Origin: Mobula hypostoma
Taxonomy: Eukaryota
Reading direction: 5' to 3'
DNA length: 64,000 nt
Assembly (NCBI RefSeq): GCF_963921235.1
Contig: NC_086097.1
Location: 211,484,001-211,548,000 of the forward strand
The translations under genes were made by a program, and so were the position numbers. This document shows, piece by piece, positions 12,707 to 26,384 of the stretch. The notes beneath the pieces were generated by a model that saw only the letters and a list, made by a program, of their open reading frames with translations, searched no databases and was not told where the DNA came from. How positions within the stretch are numbered: position 1 is the first letter of the stretch; each line of letters starts with the position of its first letter.

Positions 12707-12965
12707 GTAACACACACAAAGTGCTGGAGGAACTCAGTAGGCCAGGCAGCATCATTGGAAAAGAGTACAGTCGACATTTTGGGTGGAAACCCTTCTGCAG
12801 GACCTGAGGAAAAAAAGCTGAGTAGATTTAAAAGGTGGGGGAGAGGAGAGAGAAACACTAGGTGAAACCTGTAGGGTGAGGGATGAAGTAAAGAGATTCG
12901 TGTCGTTTCCCCCCCCCCCAACCCCTCAACTTTTAAATCTACTCCTCAGCTTTTTTTTCTTCTCT
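12707..12965. mobile_element. PLE pLTR-derived insert with partial inversion
   Basis: pLTR arm with degenerate hammerhead; gaaaaaaagctgagtagatttaaaag is mirrored by cttttaaatctactcctcagctttttttc. Confidence 0.65.
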
Positions 12966-12969
12966 CCAG

Positions 12970-13228
12970 GATCTCTGGTTTTCCTCTCCTGAAGTCTACA
13001 ATCAGTTCCTTAGGCTTGCTGACATTGTGTGAAAGGCTGTTGTTATTACACCACTCGGCCATGTTTTCAATCTTTCTCCTGTATGCTGATTTATCACCCC
13101 CTTTGATGCAGCCCACAACAGTAGTGTCATCAGCAAACTTTGTACTTGGCCACACAGTCACAGGTGTAAAGCGAGTACAGCTGGGGGCTAAGTACAAATT
13201 GCTGCGGTGCTCATGTGCTGATGGAGGT
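12970..13228 (-). mobile_element. Rex1/Babar-type RT fragment
   Basis: KFADDTTVVGCI...KELIVDFRR in ORF 12946-13245. Confidence 0.8.
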
Positions 13229-13238
13229 GGTGGAGGAG

Positions 13239-13390
13239 CACACACAAAAAAATGCTGGTGAACGCAGCAGGCCAGGCAGCATCTCTAGGAAGAGGTACAG
13301 TCGACATTTCGGGCCGAGACCTTCATCAGGACTAATTGAAAGAAGAGATAATAAAAAGATTTGAAAGGGGGAGGGGGAGATCTGAAACGA
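13239..13390 (-). mobile_element. PLE pLTR fragment with hammerhead motif
   Basis: Reverse complement reads AGTC-CTGATGA-AGGTCTCGGCCC-GAAA-TGTC-GACT at about 13299-13333. Confidence 0.8.
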
Positions 13391-13394
13391 TTTA

Positions 13395-13815
13395 ATCAAC
13401 TCCTTCTTGGGTACTAGCCTACTAAGTACCCAGGACATCTTCAGGGAGTGGTGTCTCAGAAAGGCAGCGTCCATTATTAAGGATCTCCAGCACCCAGGGC
13501 ATGCCCCTTTCTCACTGTTACCGTCAGGTAGGAGATACAGAAGCCTGAAGGCACTCACTCAGCGATTCAGGAACAGCTTCTTCCCCTCTGCCATCTGATT
13601 TCTAAATGGACATTGAACCCTTGGACACTACCTCACTTTTTTAATATATAGTATTTCTGTTTTTTTGCACAATTTTAATCTATTCTATATATGTATACTG
13701 TAATTGATATCATTTATTATTACTTTTTTTCTATATTATGTATTGCATTGAACTGCTGCTGCCAAGTTAACAAATTTCATGTCACATGCCGGTGATGATA
13801 ATTCTGATTCTGATT
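13395..13815 (+). mobile_element. Rex1/Babar-type LINE 3' end
   Basis: KAASIIKDLQHPGHAPFSLLPSGRRYRSL..RFRNSFFPSAI; attctgattctgatt tail. Confidence 0.85.
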
Positions 13816-14114
13816 TTTTTTTTCTTTAAATTGTCCCTAATAATTAGTTGCCTTGATTAACTGATTGGCTTAATATTGGGAATTACTTGGTGTCTTTCAG
13901 TTTTGGTGTTTAGTAATATTTTCTCACATAAATTCCTTTTGAGAGCTAATTTTTAATATGCAGCTCAAGTATTTTGGTAGAGATTTGTTAATTACTGAGG
14001 GCAATTTTCTGTTACTTGAACTGCTGTAAAACCGGTACGTTGGGTATTCAGAGATGCTTGTGGTTGAAAACCTAAGGCGAACTTAAAGTAAGAGCAAAAT
14101 AACTACTCTTCTGC

Positions 14115-14460
14115 CATGAGGAGAGAAGGTCAAATGCAGACTGGAGGAGCAACACCTCATATTCTGCTCGAGTAGTCTCCAACTGGATGGAAAAAACATA
14201 AATTTCTACACTTTCTGATAATTCCTACCCCCTCTGATAATTCCTACCCCCTCTTCTTCTCTTTGGTTCGGGTTACCCTTTCATTCCTTCTCCTCGCCTG
14301 TATATAACCTCCCTCTGGTTCCCCACCCCCTTCCCTTTCTTCCATAGTCCACTGTCCTCTTCTATTAGATTCCTTGTTCTTCATCCCTTTACCTCGTCTA
14401 CCTATCCTCTCCCCCACCCACATTCTCTCTTTCCCCCTGACCTGGTCACACACCAGCTTC
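14115..14460 (+). mobile_element. Degenerate PLE 3' end (ORF C-terminus plus pyrimidine-rich pLTR)
   Basis: ctggaggagcaacacctcatattc encodes LEEQHLIF, as in the PLE C-terminus at 33661-33750. Confidence 0.65.
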
Positions 14461-14467
14461 TGGTTCA

Positions 14468-15137
14468 TATTCAGATTTACTTATCACATGTACATTGAAA
14501 CATCCAGTGGTGCAGCCCACAAATGTTGCCACACATTCTGGTGCCAACCTAGCATGTCCTCGAGTGTTCAGCTGAAGAATACTTAACAGCAACAACTACA
14601 AAACAAATCAAGACAACAGCAAAAGAAGTACTTTTCCCAGACAGACAGACACATCGAACCCCAGGACAGGCCACCCCAGGAACTCCAACCCTTGACCCTG
14701 GACTTGCAGACATCTGGCATCTGGCCTCTGACCTCTGGACAAGCCGACCCAGGAGCTTGACCTTTGGAACTTGGCCTCTAGACTTGCCATCTCTGGTCTT
14801 TGCCGTTCAGGCTTCTACCTTCAGATTTGCCAAGCTCTGGACTTCAACCTTCAGCTTTGCCCTTTGGATTTTGCTGACCTTTAGAACCCCAGGACTCGCT
14901 GATCACTGTTTTGTTTGGCTTTTGGGCCTCCTCTTCAAGTCTTGCACGGACATTTGACCCAGTGACATGTGGGGGTTGCTGGCCTTTGTAACTGCAGGCC
15001 ATGTGGACCTCTGACTTGGGACTTGCCAACCTGGGGTTTGCTGAGCCGACGCCATCCCTACAATCCTTTTTTTTAAAAAAAGCAACTAAGTCTGAGCTAC
15101 GACATTGGGCATTGCAGCTTAGAGCCATCTTGACCAG
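14468..15137 (-). mobile_element. Non-coding retroposon-like repeat with degenerate internal gacct-type repeats
   Basis: On the minus strand it starts ggtcaagatggc and ends with a LINE-like tail (tacatgtgataagtaaatctgaa); family not identified. Confidence 0.4.
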
Positions 15138-16310
15138 GTGCTTGTACTCCTTCCCCTCCGCTGCTTATTCTGGCTTCTGCTACTTTCACTCCATCGTCAT
15201 ACTGCACTCTACACCAATATGTGATACTTGCTAGGTGTATACTTCACCATTAATCTACCCAGTATTACCACATCTCTTCCACTCCTTAGTGTGAAATGTA
15301 TATCCTATTTACAAGTACTTACAACGTCATTCAAAAATCCATTCATGTTCTACAATCTTAATGCATTTTTAGGAACTATTACTGTCCTGTTCTATATTAT
15401 TTATGTTGACACTGAATTATATGAAATCTCACTTCTTTTGCCCAGACTTGTGTTTTAAAATCACTTGCTATGCCCCTATTTATTGAATGGCAATGAGATT
15501 TAAACAAATTTTGCTTAACTGCATACATTTTTATCTAACTTTCTGGTTAGTGCATGTCAATTTTAGCATAACAAATCAACTTTAATTTTTTTACTCCTAT
15601 TATCTGTCTTAAAATGATCACCAGTCTTGGCCTGCTATCTGAATTGCTTTGTTGATCTAATTGGATCCATTATCATTTGTATGCAATTAACTGTTTTCTA
15701 GTTCAACACTTTGAAATTGGCCACCTTTTATTTCTTTTCAATTTGTGTTTCATTTGTCTTTTACCAAAATTTTTCAACTTTTCATTTGTTGGACATGCAT
15801 GGAACTTGTTAAAAATATTTGGAGTTGCAATCTAAGGCCCTGTGTTTCTCAGCCTACTGCAGACATCATTAATTACTTTCCTCTCTTCAGTTGATTTTGC
15901 AGCATTTAGTGGTCTATTTTACTTAATGTGGGTATTTATAGGCTCATTTCATTTTATGGCACAGAACCAACTCATTTGGCCTGTGGTGCTGATATCAGCT
16001 CACAAAGGAATGTCAATTTCCCCTGTTCCTCCTGCAGAACTCTTGGAAAATAAATAACTGCTTCAAAATCAGGTAGAAGTATGCATCCACTGTTACTGCT
16101 AGCCATATTTCTCCACCAGCTCATTGTAGATTAAAAAAAAACTTGCTTAAATTTTCCTTTTGTTCTTGTATTATTTTTAAACATTTCCTCTTATGAACCA
16201 AGTATTTAAAATACATTTTTCCCAGTTTACTTCCTCAGAGAAGTGATGTTTTGATTCTTCTTTAGCCAGTTTCTTGGAAAAGTGCTACGAACTTCCATTC
16301 GAGCAAATAA

Positions 16311-16570
16311 CACTGGACAACAAAGATTTTGCTTCCTGAATACGTCTGGAGTGTATCTTAAGGATTTAGGGCTGCTGGTCATGAAATTTCCCTATCACGC
16401 ACCATTTAAAAAAAACACCTGTATTTGTTATTTCAATTCATAATTCCAAGTTAACTAAAATGTTGCCCACATTGTAAGCTGAAAAGTTTTTTATCTTGTC
16501 TAGCCATGTCTGGGCATGTTTAGGCAGGGCAGATGCTGCATGGTGGGACAGGTATTAGGCTATAAAAACA

Positions 16571-16629
<59 letters not shown>

Positions 16630-17761
16630 ATTCTTTGCACTGCATGTACATGTTGGTTTGCATTCATGTTGATGCGCATGCTCTCTGCGCATAGCATATT
16701 GTGTGTACTCATTATAATAAAGTAATTGTATTGTCTGGCCAATGTTGCAACAGCTGCGATACTTTCTGTTATATATGTGGCGAGTATACGCTTAAATCTC
16801 AAGACGGAATATGACTCATTGAGAAAGACTATGAGCTCTACTTTGGGTTTAGAATTTGTGACCAAGACAAAGCCTGGGCTCCTCACATTTGTTGTGCAAC
16901 ATGCATTGTTGAGCCTAGAGTTTGGCTCAGGAAGTCGGTGCTGTTCGCTGTCCCAATGAGTCTAGAGGATATGGAGTCTAGTGGAGCCGACAAAGATGTT
17001 ATGATGCGTAAGCCAAGAATGGAAAACAATACTGATACAGATTTTGAGCACTTTAGGTCGAATGAGCCTCATCTGAGTTAAATAACCCAGTTAGAGACTT
17101 GGGTTTGTTAAAGGTAAAAGCAGGGTTCGAGTCTGCAAAAATGGAATCTACTGTCACCAGACTCAAAAATTTCCTTGGGTGATTTTGTTATTTGAGAAAG
17201 ATGTTTCCTGTTTGTCCACAAATCAAACAGGTCATCAATGACAGGCGATTATTTGAAGAACTTCTAGTGGGACTGGAGAAAATCGCTTGGAAGGCATTCA
17301 AGGACGTTGAAAATTTTCTTGGCAACTACAGAGCACAAAAACCATGAAGCGCAACATGTCACTAAAGATTAATTTTCCGCATTACCATTTAGACTTCTTC
17401 CCTGCAAATCTTGGTGCTGTGAGTGATTTTAACAGGACACTGGTCATGGAGAAACAGTATCAGGGCAACTGGAATCCATCAATGCTGGCTGATTATTATT
17501 GGACCCTTAAGCAAGAAGCCTCAGACAGGTAGTACAAATGAAAATCATCAGCAAAACAGTTATAGCTTAGTTGAACTACTGAAAAGCATCAGTGCCATTA
17601 TATAATTAAATGCGTTATATTCAATAAGTTAATTTCTTGTTCCTCCAAATTTTTGATGCAAGTAGTTTGAGTCTATATTTGTGTTCAACTTCCAGCAGTC
17701 TATCATAACCACAAGAAATTTCTGAGGAGGCAACACTTACGAAAGCATTTGCTGTCCAGTA
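16311..17761 (+). mobile_element. Chapaev3-type (CMC) DNA transposon, internally deleted
   Basis: TIRs CACTGGACAACAAA and TTTGCTGTCCAGTA; TAA on both sides; transposase remnants NEPHL..VRDLGL, AWKAFKDV..NFLGNYRA and MSLKINF..HLDFFPANLGAVSD..YQGNWNPSMLADY. Confidence 0.75.
16572..16628 (+). repeat. (CA)n microsatellite, about 28 units
   Basis: Perfect CA run, located inside the Chapaev3-type element. Confidence 0.99.
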
Positions 17762-17764
17762 TAA

Positions 17765-17935
17765 GCTGGTGGAACTCAGCCAGTCAGGTAGCATCTGTGG
17801 AGGGAAATGGAAAGTGTAATTCGGGTCAGGATCCCTCACTTGAACTGTCTATTTCCCTCCAAAGATCCTGTCCGACCTGTTGAATTCCGCCAGCAGCTCA
17901 TGTGAATTCCAGCAACACCGTTCTCTTGTGTCTCT
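17765..17935. mobile_element. Old fold-back PLE pLTR-like insert
   Basis: gctggtggaactcagc..ggagggaaatgga is mirrored by tctatttccctcc..gttgaattccgccagc. Confidence 0.55.
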
Positions 17936-18084
17936 ACATCCAGCTGATTCTTGTTTTAGTTTCTGAGTGCAGACAAGGGAGGTGGTCGTGAATACTCCTT
18001 TTCCATATGAAGCATTCATTTACCAGAAATTCCCAGGAGTTGGTCAGGAGAAGCGCTTCAAAGAAGCTTCGACTTTATCCTTGA

Positions 18085-18222
18085 AGGATCCTGATAAATG
18101 GTCTTGCCCCGAAAAGCCAACTGTTTTTCCTCTCCATAGATGCTGCTTGACCTGCTGAGTTCATCCAGCAATTTTGACTGTGTTACTTTTGATTTACAGC
18201 ATCATTAGATTCTCTTGTTTAT
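18085..18222 (+). mobile_element. Degenerate PLE pLTR fragment
   Basis: tcctgataaatggtcttgccccgaaaa..ccatagatgctgcttgacctgctgagttc. Confidence 0.6.
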
Positions 18223-18314
18223 GATCAAGCATACACTTGAATCTTTTCCTTTGTTCCTGATCGCTCAGGATATCAGGTTGGTTAAAATAATCTGGCATAA
18301 GGCTGTCAATGGAA

Positions 18315-18812
18315 TAAAATAGAACAGTACAGGACAGGGAAAGGCCCTTCAGCGCTCAATGTTGTGCCAAACCAAATAAATTAGTAATCAAATGGCGAAC
18401 GAAACTAATCCCTTCTGCCTACACAATGTCCATATCCCTGCATTTTCCTCACATGCATGTGCCTAGCTAAATGTTTCTTAAATGTCTCTAATGTCCCAGG
18501 TGGCACATTTCAGGCACCTGCCACTCTGTGTATAAATGAAAAACTTGCCCCCTCTCTTCTTTGAAATTGCCCCCCTCGCCTTAAATGAAAAGATGCTGCC
18601 TATCTGCTCAATCTGTCTCTCATAAACTTGTAAACCTCTATCAGATTTTCCCTCAGCCTTTGCTGCTGCAGAGAAAAAAACCAAGTTTGTCCAACCTCTC
18701 GTTGTAGTACACACTCTCTAATCCAGGCAACATTGTGGTAAACTTCTTCTGCACCCTCTAAAGCCTTGACATCATTCCTATGATGAGATTATCAGAACTG
18801 TATGCAACCTAC
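18315..18812 (-). mobile_element. Degenerate CR1-type 3' fragment
   Basis: 3' UTR and RT C-terminus similar to the other CR1 copies. Confidence 0.65.
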
Positions 18813-19329
18813 AAATGTAGTTCAGTAAAGGCATCCAGGGCCTCCAATCTGGGATGTGGGCCTCAGAGAAGATGCTTTTGCTGGTACACTATCCTTGCAG
18901 TGTATTTGAGTGCTTGAGGTACCTGCTGAAGGCAGGTTATATTTTGAAAATGAGTAGGGATCTCTGCTTCCCAAAAGATCATGAATGTTTTGCCAGGTAT
19001 GAATTTTTGATTACCTATTCCTCAATCAGCCAAGGTCAATACTAACAAATTGATGCTATTCACCATTACATTCATCAATGTTGTTCTTTGCTTATGGGTG
19101 CCTCCCATGTCAGTCAGCACTGTGGCACGGCAGGGCAGATTAGTAGAAGGCTCTGTCTTGGCTCATTGAAGCCTTTTACACCACCAAACAGGAAGAACTG
19201 AACATCCTCTTTAAATTCAGGAATTTGTTTTCTCCCCCCTATACTTTGCTTCTAACTAACCATTCTCATTACTAACCAATACCAAGACGTGTTTTTTGCC
19301 TCAGCCAACATTTAGACTTAATCTTCATC

Positions 19330-20130
19330 TTAGAGCATGGAAGCAGGTCCTTTGGGCCCACTGGTCCATGCCAACCATGAGTCCCATCTAATCTTGTCTT
19401 ATTTGCATGTGTTTGGCCTATATCCTTGTTAACCTTTCCTATCCATGCACTTTTTAAAAATGCTATTAGTTTACCTGCTTCCGCACTTCCTCTGGCAGCT
19501 GATTCTCAGTGAAGCAGCCAGATTCATCAAGGACCCCAACCTTTCTTCAGTCCTGTTTCATCAGGCAGAAGATATATACCACCAAGCTCAAGGACAGCTT
19601 TTAACCTCCTATGTAAGATGATGGACTATCTCCCCAGTAAAGTAAGATGGACTCTTGACCTCACAATTTACCTTGAACCTTGTTATCTACCAGCACTGTG
19701 CTTTCTGTACTGTAACACTTGATGTTGCACTGTTTTAGCTTGTACTTCCTCAATGTGCTGTTGTAATGCATTGATCTGTATGGAGGCAAAACAGGTTTTT
19801 CACTGCACCTTGTCATCCATCCGTACAGATCAATGTGACAATAATGAACCGATTTACCAATACTGATCACCCTCTAGGCAGTAGAAGTTGCCCCTTAAAC
19901 TTCCATTAAATCTCTTCCCTCTCATCTTAAACCTGTGCCCTCTAGTTATTGAGTTCCCCAACTCTAGAGGTGAAGAACACTGTGTACATTGACCCTAACT
20001 ATGCCCTTCATAATTTTAGATGCCTCAACCTCATCAACTTCTTTTCATGTCTCAATCTCTCAAGCCTTGGCAACATCCTCGTAGATCTCCTCTGTCCTCT
20101 TTCCAGGTTTTAATGGCATCTTTCCTAAAG
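19330..20130 (-). mobile_element. Old CR1-type 3' fragment interrupted by a plus-strand Rex-type 3' remnant (about 19505-19860)
   Basis: CR1 UTR (cacttcctctggcagct) resumes at about 19865 (gatcaccctct..aagttgcccct); the insert has catcaaggacccc..aggacagctt. Confidence 0.55.
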
Positions 20131-22899
20131 CAAACTTCTCAATTTTTTTCCTTCCTTGCATCCTGCCTCCAACAAACGTCCTGTGGAAGCTAACATTCAG
20201 AACTAATGGGAAGCTAAAGTTACACAGATCACAGGATACAGCATTCTTGGGGGTCCCGTTCAAGCCATCATCAATTCTTTCACTTACTGAATACAAGGAC
20301 ATGGGCCACATACTCAACATCCTCATGATATTTTGATACCAAAGGAAAGGTAGAAACTTTAGTGGAAGTTTTCATGAAGACCACGATGTGCACAATTCTA
20401 TATTGGCACATTAAGGTGGAGAAAAATAGAACTAACTTGGAACATCAGGATTAAAAGATCTAATGAAAAAGGCCCCTTTTTCCAATTAGGTTTTACAGAT
20501 TGCTAACATCATGAGTTTCTCTGCATCATCGTCTTGTAGCAAAAAGTCCAAAACTGGATATAAAATATATTATTGTATTAATTTAGCATTGCCTTGACTT
20601 TTGCGTTTCTAATTTTTTTAGAACCCCGTGTGCTTTTAGCGTTGCTCCTCTTACTTTTAAATGTTTTTATATTGCAGGCCTCACAAAAATTTTAGTTAAT
20701 GCTCTGTAGTAAGTATTCTGTACTGTTGCCCTCCATTTTATAGGCAACTTACCCGATCTTTACTCCTCCAGCCCCCAGTGATGAGCAAAGTGCACAAGTA
20801 AATTCTCATTTCCAATGGGAAAATAAGATCATTGGGAGGGAACAGGATAACTCTTGGCGATCAACTTTCCGACAGAAGTACAATGTTGGGATTCTGTCTG
20901 TGCCAAATTAAAAATGTGTTCAAAAGACAAAAGGTTGGTGTTTGCTTTGGGAAATTATTTTTGGCATTCCTTCAATTTAGTATTCTCTTAATACGAGATA
21001 AAATTAGCTCTGAAGTCTGGTGAAACCTACTGCATGTGGAACACAATCATTTGTAGTTGGAGAACATTGCTGAATATTTTTGTCAAATTGATGTGAACAT
21101 TGGCTTATTTTAATTGGGCTTTTCTTATATAAATCAGTTGAGATCCATTTTTTTTTTGTTGATAATATTTTACCTGAACAATATGAAACTATCTAGACTG
21201 CCAGATTCCTGTTTCTCAGAGCTTGTCACTGAACTTCTAGGTACTTTTAGGCAGAACACAAGATCCAAATGACCACAGGGCTGCTAGGAGCTGCTGTGGT
21301 TTTTTAAAAAAAAATGTCAGTAATGTTGCCCATATCTTTGTTATATTTTATCAAAACTTTGGTTGATGTTTGGGAAATGAAGTATACATATCTCTGGTCT
21401 TACTGAGTCATTACTTAAAATGCAAAACATTACAGCACAATACAGGCCTTTCAGGCTACAATGTTGTGCTGGCCAAATTGACCTCTGCTGGAAAAGGCAT
21501 GCTAAACTGATGTGTTTTGTGTGTTTTTGTGTGCAGCTTTACCAATGGAAAGGTGTCTGTGTGCAAGGAAATGTTAATATGCACAATTGAGTGTGTCTTG
21601 TACACTTGGTGTAGAGTGAGGGCTGGACCTCTTTGGGTTGGTGTGGTGTGTGGCCTGCAAGGTTATGGATTTGGGGTTAGAATGGAGAAGGATCAGTGAT
21701 GGAATGGAAATAGGGACCATGGGCTTGGGTATGCAAGATAATGGGAGGTAGGTGGGGATTAGGTATAGGGGGTGTGCAATCAAAATAGTGAAAGGCACAA
21801 TGCCTGGATACCCAAATTACAAGTACTGGGGCTAGTCCTTAGACCTCAAGATCGCCCACCTGATCAGGTTTTGCTGACAGCCCTTAAAATCATTGTGAAG
21901 ACCTTCTTCCAGAAGAACGGATCGTGATGTGCAGACAAATGTTGCAAAAAATAACATTCAAACATACGCAGGGAGACACTCCAAAAGTAAGTGCACAATA
22001 TGCAAACAACAGTGGGGGGGGGGGGGGGAGGGAACGTCAACTCAGACCATGAGAGGCCTGCGCAGATTGAAAGAGCATCTGGAAGCAAAAGGATGATGTT
22101 TGTACAGTATTGTGTTCTGAGAGTACTGTCGTGTAGCACATGTATGTTACATTATACAATAAATTTTAGGCACAATCTGTTGCTAGATGTAGATACTGTC
22201 AATTGTTTTATTGTGAAATCACCAGGACATTAATTGAAATGAATTTATTATATGTCAAAGGATTGGTTATTGTCCAGATAGCACCATAAATGTATTTGGT
22301 TTACGTCATGCATTTTTGCAACCTTGTGGAGGGTATTTCCAGCAGCTGCCAAATTTTGTATTTTAATGGACGGGGAATCTTGGGCTCAGTCCTACTTGTT
22401 TCTCTGGAAAGTATGACTTTGAACTGACTGGATTGGCTGTATAAAATGTACTAGTATACAAATGATTAAAGAAACTGGCAAATACCATTGGGTTGAGTTG
22501 GGGAAAAAAAAAGTTGGCTTGCCCATTCAGTGCAGATTTATAAATTATGTCTTCTGAAGGCTGGATCGCCGTCAATGGCACAACATAATGGTGGTCTCTG
22601 CTGAACTGCAGATTGTTTTATGGCAGCTACTTTCGAAGGGGACAAATATTGGTGTTGGGGTGAATTGTTCCTGGATTACTTGTGTGTGGATAACAAGCAC
22701 ATGTTGTAATTGATCAAATCCCTTTCCTTTTCATTTAAGATAGCAGCAAGCTTGTATGCAGTGTTTCCACGGGGCCAACCAAAGATTTTATTGTCTTTTT
22801 TTTAAAACATTTTTTTAATATATAATCATAAGTCCTTGCTGAACATTAAGACCTTTAAGTACTGCAGGTCTACCCCATCTTTGGCAGAGAAACTGAAGG

Positions 22900-23492
22900 A
22901 TCTGGACTTAGTGTGGATCATGCTACTGCCCGTGTCAGAAAGCCTGCAAATGAGTTGGTGCACAAAGGAGGTGTGTAGTCGAACAGCAAGTGATCATCTT
23001 AGTCGCTTCTCTTGTGATCGCAAGACCCTGTTGGACATTGTTTATGTAGAATGCTGCCAGTCCGATTCGCTGGTTTGTTGGTGAACAGTGGGTGAGGTGC
23101 ATAGCCTCAGTCGTGACAAGGACTAGGCCCCAAGCCGTTTTGTTGCCTGTTTGCAGCCTCTCGGGGTGGCATCCGAATTCTGAATCGGTGCGCTCCACCG
23201 GAAGGCCAGAGCCGGTGTGGCTTTGTGTACGTGTCGGTGCTGCCTTCCGGTGTTCACCAGGCAGAAGACAAGAGGTATTGGGTTCGACTGCAGACTGCTG
23301 CAACATCCAGGGACTAGGACTATATTTTTTGTGTGACTATTTTATCAGCAGTCTTGTATTTGCTATGTATGCCTTGTGCTGTGTATGACTGTTGCTACTA
23401 TGTTTTGTACCTTGGCTCAGGAGTAATGTTGTTTTGTTTGGTTGTATTCACGAGCATTCATGTACGGTTGAATGACTGTTGCACTTGAACTT
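22900..23492 (+). mobile_element. Unclassified non-coding retroposon-like repeat
   Basis: CpG-rich body followed by a TG-rich LINE-like 3' region ending cacttgaactt. Confidence 0.35.
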
Positions 23493-25085
23493 ACTTTGTT
23501 TTACCTGCTTGTCTGTGTGTCCAACAAATTGAAATCCTGAATGAAGCAGCAAAAGTAGTTGGGATCCCAGTTTTAACTTCATTTGTGGATGATGGGGAAG
23601 AGTTTTCTTTCCCCCAGCCGGCCAGCTAGTCTCCATTTTAAGTGGCCAGCTGGAACAATAATGGAAGTCTTGGAGCTGCCTGAAATAAAAGCTGCCATTT
23701 TAACTGGTGGTTGTGTTGGGTAAAGGGCTTTCAGTTCAAAAATAATACTTTAGGTGCACTTGCATTGACTGCTGAGTTTTGTGAATTTTCAAGGCTGTTG
23801 AATTTTAGAACTGGCGTATTACTTTCATTTGGACACCAATCATCTCATCATTTATTTTAAACTTCCCAACGGTTTTAAGTCCTCAATCTTGAAATAGCAT
23901 TAAATATTTGCATTTTTCAAATTATAATCGAATAAGAAAGAAAAATAAAATCAAGGCAGGGCTCTTTTAATTTTGTTCTGGTCCTGAAATGTTTAATTGC
24001 CTTTTGTTTTTTTTATGGCATATACCACTCAGAACTTGCAGAGAAATGGCAGCTTTGATGATCAATCCAGTAAAATGTCTTCATAACAGGAAACCTGGAC
24101 TTTTCCGGTACATAACCCTGCCTTTTATCAAGTTGCTTTAAGAACGATAGAAGACAATTCTGACCTGCACTTGATGTTCATATCAAAATTGTTTACACAA
24201 GCCCTCATTGTAAAAGTAGGTATAGGCATTTGTAATTAAAGCTGTTCTAGTTTCCTGGGTTGATGGTTATCATAAAGTCCTATCTTTGTTGATGTTACAG
24301 CTATTTAGACTCTTGTAAATTTGAAGAATTACTGAGAAATGTCTTGTTCTTCAACCATGTTATCCCCATAGGCACCAATCACACCATCTGTAAGTATCAT
24401 TGTCATACAAAAGTTTATATTATACAGCAATCTTATACCTTGAAGTTGTTACTACCTCAGTATTGTATGAATAAGGTCTCTTTACTCTCTAACTAAACTA
24501 ATAAGTAAAAAGAAATCAAGTATATCACTGCTCAAACTGCTCACCAGAAAGAGGAACCTCAACACCATAAGGTCAATTGGCATTTTGTGATTACAAATAA
24601 ATTGGGAAAATTATTTTAAAATAATCTTTGTCCGTGCTATATGAGCAAAACAACTGGAGGCCAAAAGATTCAACCAACTGTACTAAAACAATCCTGCGGC
24701 TTTCCTGTAATCCCTGTCTCAAAAAGAGTTGCTTTTATAGCCTTTTGGGGAAAAGGTGTGGAACCAGGAAAGTTGTGGTGCTGCTTATTTAGAGAGCTTT
24801 GTGACTCATTCTTGATCAAGTAGCTTATTTTTGTGTTCAGCTCTGATTCTAAACAATACTGCTGTTTGTAAGTTATCACTATCACCAATGCTTCAAAGTC
24901 CGTGAAGATTGGAAGTTGATTATACAATGTTGAAATGATACCCAGTAGAGCATGCTGTAAGGAAGCTTGATAATAATTAAGTTACAAGTTTTTTTTTTAA
25001 AAGAAAACTAGTTAAATCAGTTTATCTTGGTTAGAGTGCTGATCAAGAAATCAAAGAAATTTACTTTGAACTTTTAGGAGGAGAA

Positions 25086-26384
25086 AACATAGAAACATAG
25101 AAAATAGGTGCAGGAGTAGGCCATTCGGCCCTTCGAGCCTGCACCGCCATTTATTATGATCATGGCTGATCATCCAACTCAGAACCCTGCACCAGCCTTC
25201 CCTCCATACCCCCTGATCCCCGTAGCCACAAGGGCCATATCTAACTCCCTCTTAAATATAGCCAATGAACTGGCCTCAACTGTTTCCTGTGGCAGAGAAT
25301 TCCACAGATTCACCACTCTCTGTGTGAAGAAGTTTTTCCTAATCTCAGTCCTAAAAGGCTTCCCCTTTATCCTCGATCTGTGACCCCTCATTCTGGACTT
25401 CCCCAACATCTGGAACAATCTTCCTGCATCTAGCCTGTCCAATCCCTTTAGGATCTTATACGTTTCAATCAGATCCCCCCTCAATCTTCTAAATTCCAAC
25501 GAGTACAAGCCTAGTTCATCCAGTCTTTCTTCATATGAAAGTCCTGCCATCCCAGGAATCAATCTGGTGAACCTTCTTTGTACTCCCTCTATGGCAAGGA
25601 TGTCTTTCCTCAGATTAGGGGACCAAAACTGCACACAATACTCCAGGTGTGGTCTCACCAAGGCCCTGTACAACTGCAGTAGTACCTCCCTGCTCCTGTA
25701 CTCGAATCCTCTCACTATAAATGCCAGCATACCATTCGCCTTTTTCACCGCCTGCTGTACCTGCATGCCCACTTTCAATGACTGGTGTATAATGACACCC
25801 AAGTCTCGTTGCACCTCCCCTTTTCCTAATCGGCCACCATTCAGATAATAATCTGTTTTCCTATTTTTGCCACCAAAGTGAATAACTTCACATTTATCCA
25901 CATTAAATTGCATCTGCCATGAATTTTCCCATTCACCCAACCTATCCAAGTCACCCTGCATCCTCTTAGCATCCTCCTCACAGCTAACACTGCAGCCCAG
26001 CTTCGTGTCATCCGCAAACTTGGAGATGCTGCATTTAATTCCCTCATCCAAGTCATTAATATATATTGTAAACAACTGGGGTCCCAGCACTGAGCCTTGC
26101 GGTACCCCACTAGTCACTGCCTGCCATTCTGAAAAGGTCCCATTTATTCCCACTCTTTGCTTCCTGTCTGCTAACCAATTCTCTATCCACATCAACACCT
26201 TACCCCCAATACCGTGTGCTTTAAGTTTGCACACTAATCTCCTGTGTGGGACCTTGTCAAAAGCCTTTTGAAAATCCAAATATACCACATCCACTGGTTC
26301 TCCCCTCTCCACTCTACTAGTTACATCCTCAAAAAATTCTATGAGATTCGTCAGACATGATTTTCCTTTCACAAATCCAAGCAA
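25086..26384 (-). mobile_element. Young 5'-truncated CR1-type LINE
   Basis: Uninterrupted 401-codon RT ORF (25179-26384: YLDFQKAFDKVPH, GVPQGSVLGP, KFADDTK), 3' UTR and aaacatagaaacataga tail. Confidence 0.97.

Noticed and set aside
16516..16886. TH/CV-repeat ORFs
   Set aside because: Translations of the (CA)n microsatellite.
25179..26384. 401-aa RT ORF as a functional or domesticated gene
   Set aside because: 5'-truncated CR1 with no endonuclease, no real start codon and a standard tail; the open frame reflects youth.
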